Shown: positions 6,282-6,391 of the stretch, piece after piece
How the letters are laid out: each line of letters opens with the position of its first letter
Numbering within the stretch: the stretch's first letter is position 1
Virus record (IMG/VR): IMGVR_UViG_2778261391_000004
DNA from: a virus
Taxonomy: Duplodnaviria; Heunggongvirae; Uroviricota; Caudoviricetes
Direction: 5' to 3' (one strand)
Length of the DNA: 6,391 nucleotides
Made by a program: the position numbers and the translations under genes
Notes under the pieces: model-generated
Told to the model about the DNA's origin: nothing
Seen by the model: the letters and a program-made list of their open reading frames with translations, nothing else
Database searches by the model: none

Positions 6282-6391
6282 CAGTAAAACTCCAGAATGG
6301 TGGATGTCAGCGGGGTGCTGATACCGGCGGTGAGTGGCTCATTTAACAGGGCGTGCATGGTCGCCCAGGCGAGGTCGGCGTGGCTGGCTTC
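6281..6391 (-). CDS. P: Terminase large (ATPase) subunit gpP, C-terminal 36 codons; 5' end lies outside the window
   Basis: The minus-strand frame is open from the window edge (EASHADLAWATMHALLNEPLTAGISTPLTSTILEFY) to the TGA at 6283..6281, which overlaps the Q start codon by one base (TGATG). The position matches the P2 P-Q arrangement. Identity rests on synteny and an open frame only. Confidence 0.6.
   Translation of the reverse strand, partial: EASHADLAWATMHALLNEPLTAGISTPLTSTILEFY

Larger units (their letters stand above)
1..6391. mobile_element. Segment of a P2-like (Peduovirus) prophage: replication gene A, cargo hotspot, cos, portal Q and the end of terminase P
   Basis: Gene order and orientation (A on +, then cos, then Q and P on -) match the circular P2 map. 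The A and Q products are recognisable by eye, and the 19-nt P2 cohesive-end sequence is present. Confidence 0.9.

Noticed and set aside
5420-6287. ORFs 5420..5719 -, 5439..5897 +, 5720..6199 - and 6012..6287 + overlapping gene Q
   Set aside because: Alternative frames or antisense of the confidently identified portal gene; typical of GC-rich coding DNA.
1-6391. tRNA, attachment site or integrase signatures
   Set aside because: No cloverleaf-compatible segment or integrase ORF. In P2 the int/att region lies far from the A-cos-Q segment, so none is expected here.

Overview
This window is the right-end/left-end junction of a P2-like (Peduovirus) prophage from an enterobacterium. It runs from the 3' part of replication gene A (1..1038, +), through a roughly 4 kb AT-rich cargo island, to the 19-nt cos site (5035..5053), then portal gene Q (5247..6281, -) and the last 36 codons of terminase gene P (6281..6391, -). 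The cargo island sits where P2 itself carries tin/old, a known anti-phage defence hotspot. It encodes a DNA cytosine-5 methyltransferase (+ strand) convergent with a two-gene minus-strand operon: a MORC/HATPase_c_3-like GHKL ATPase (474 aa) translationally coupled to a 330-aa protein of unknown function. I interpret this as a candidate, apparently undescribed, methyltransferase-linked restriction or defence module; this is inference from motifs and gene context, and no search was run. No tRNA, rRNA, CRISPR or IS element is evident.
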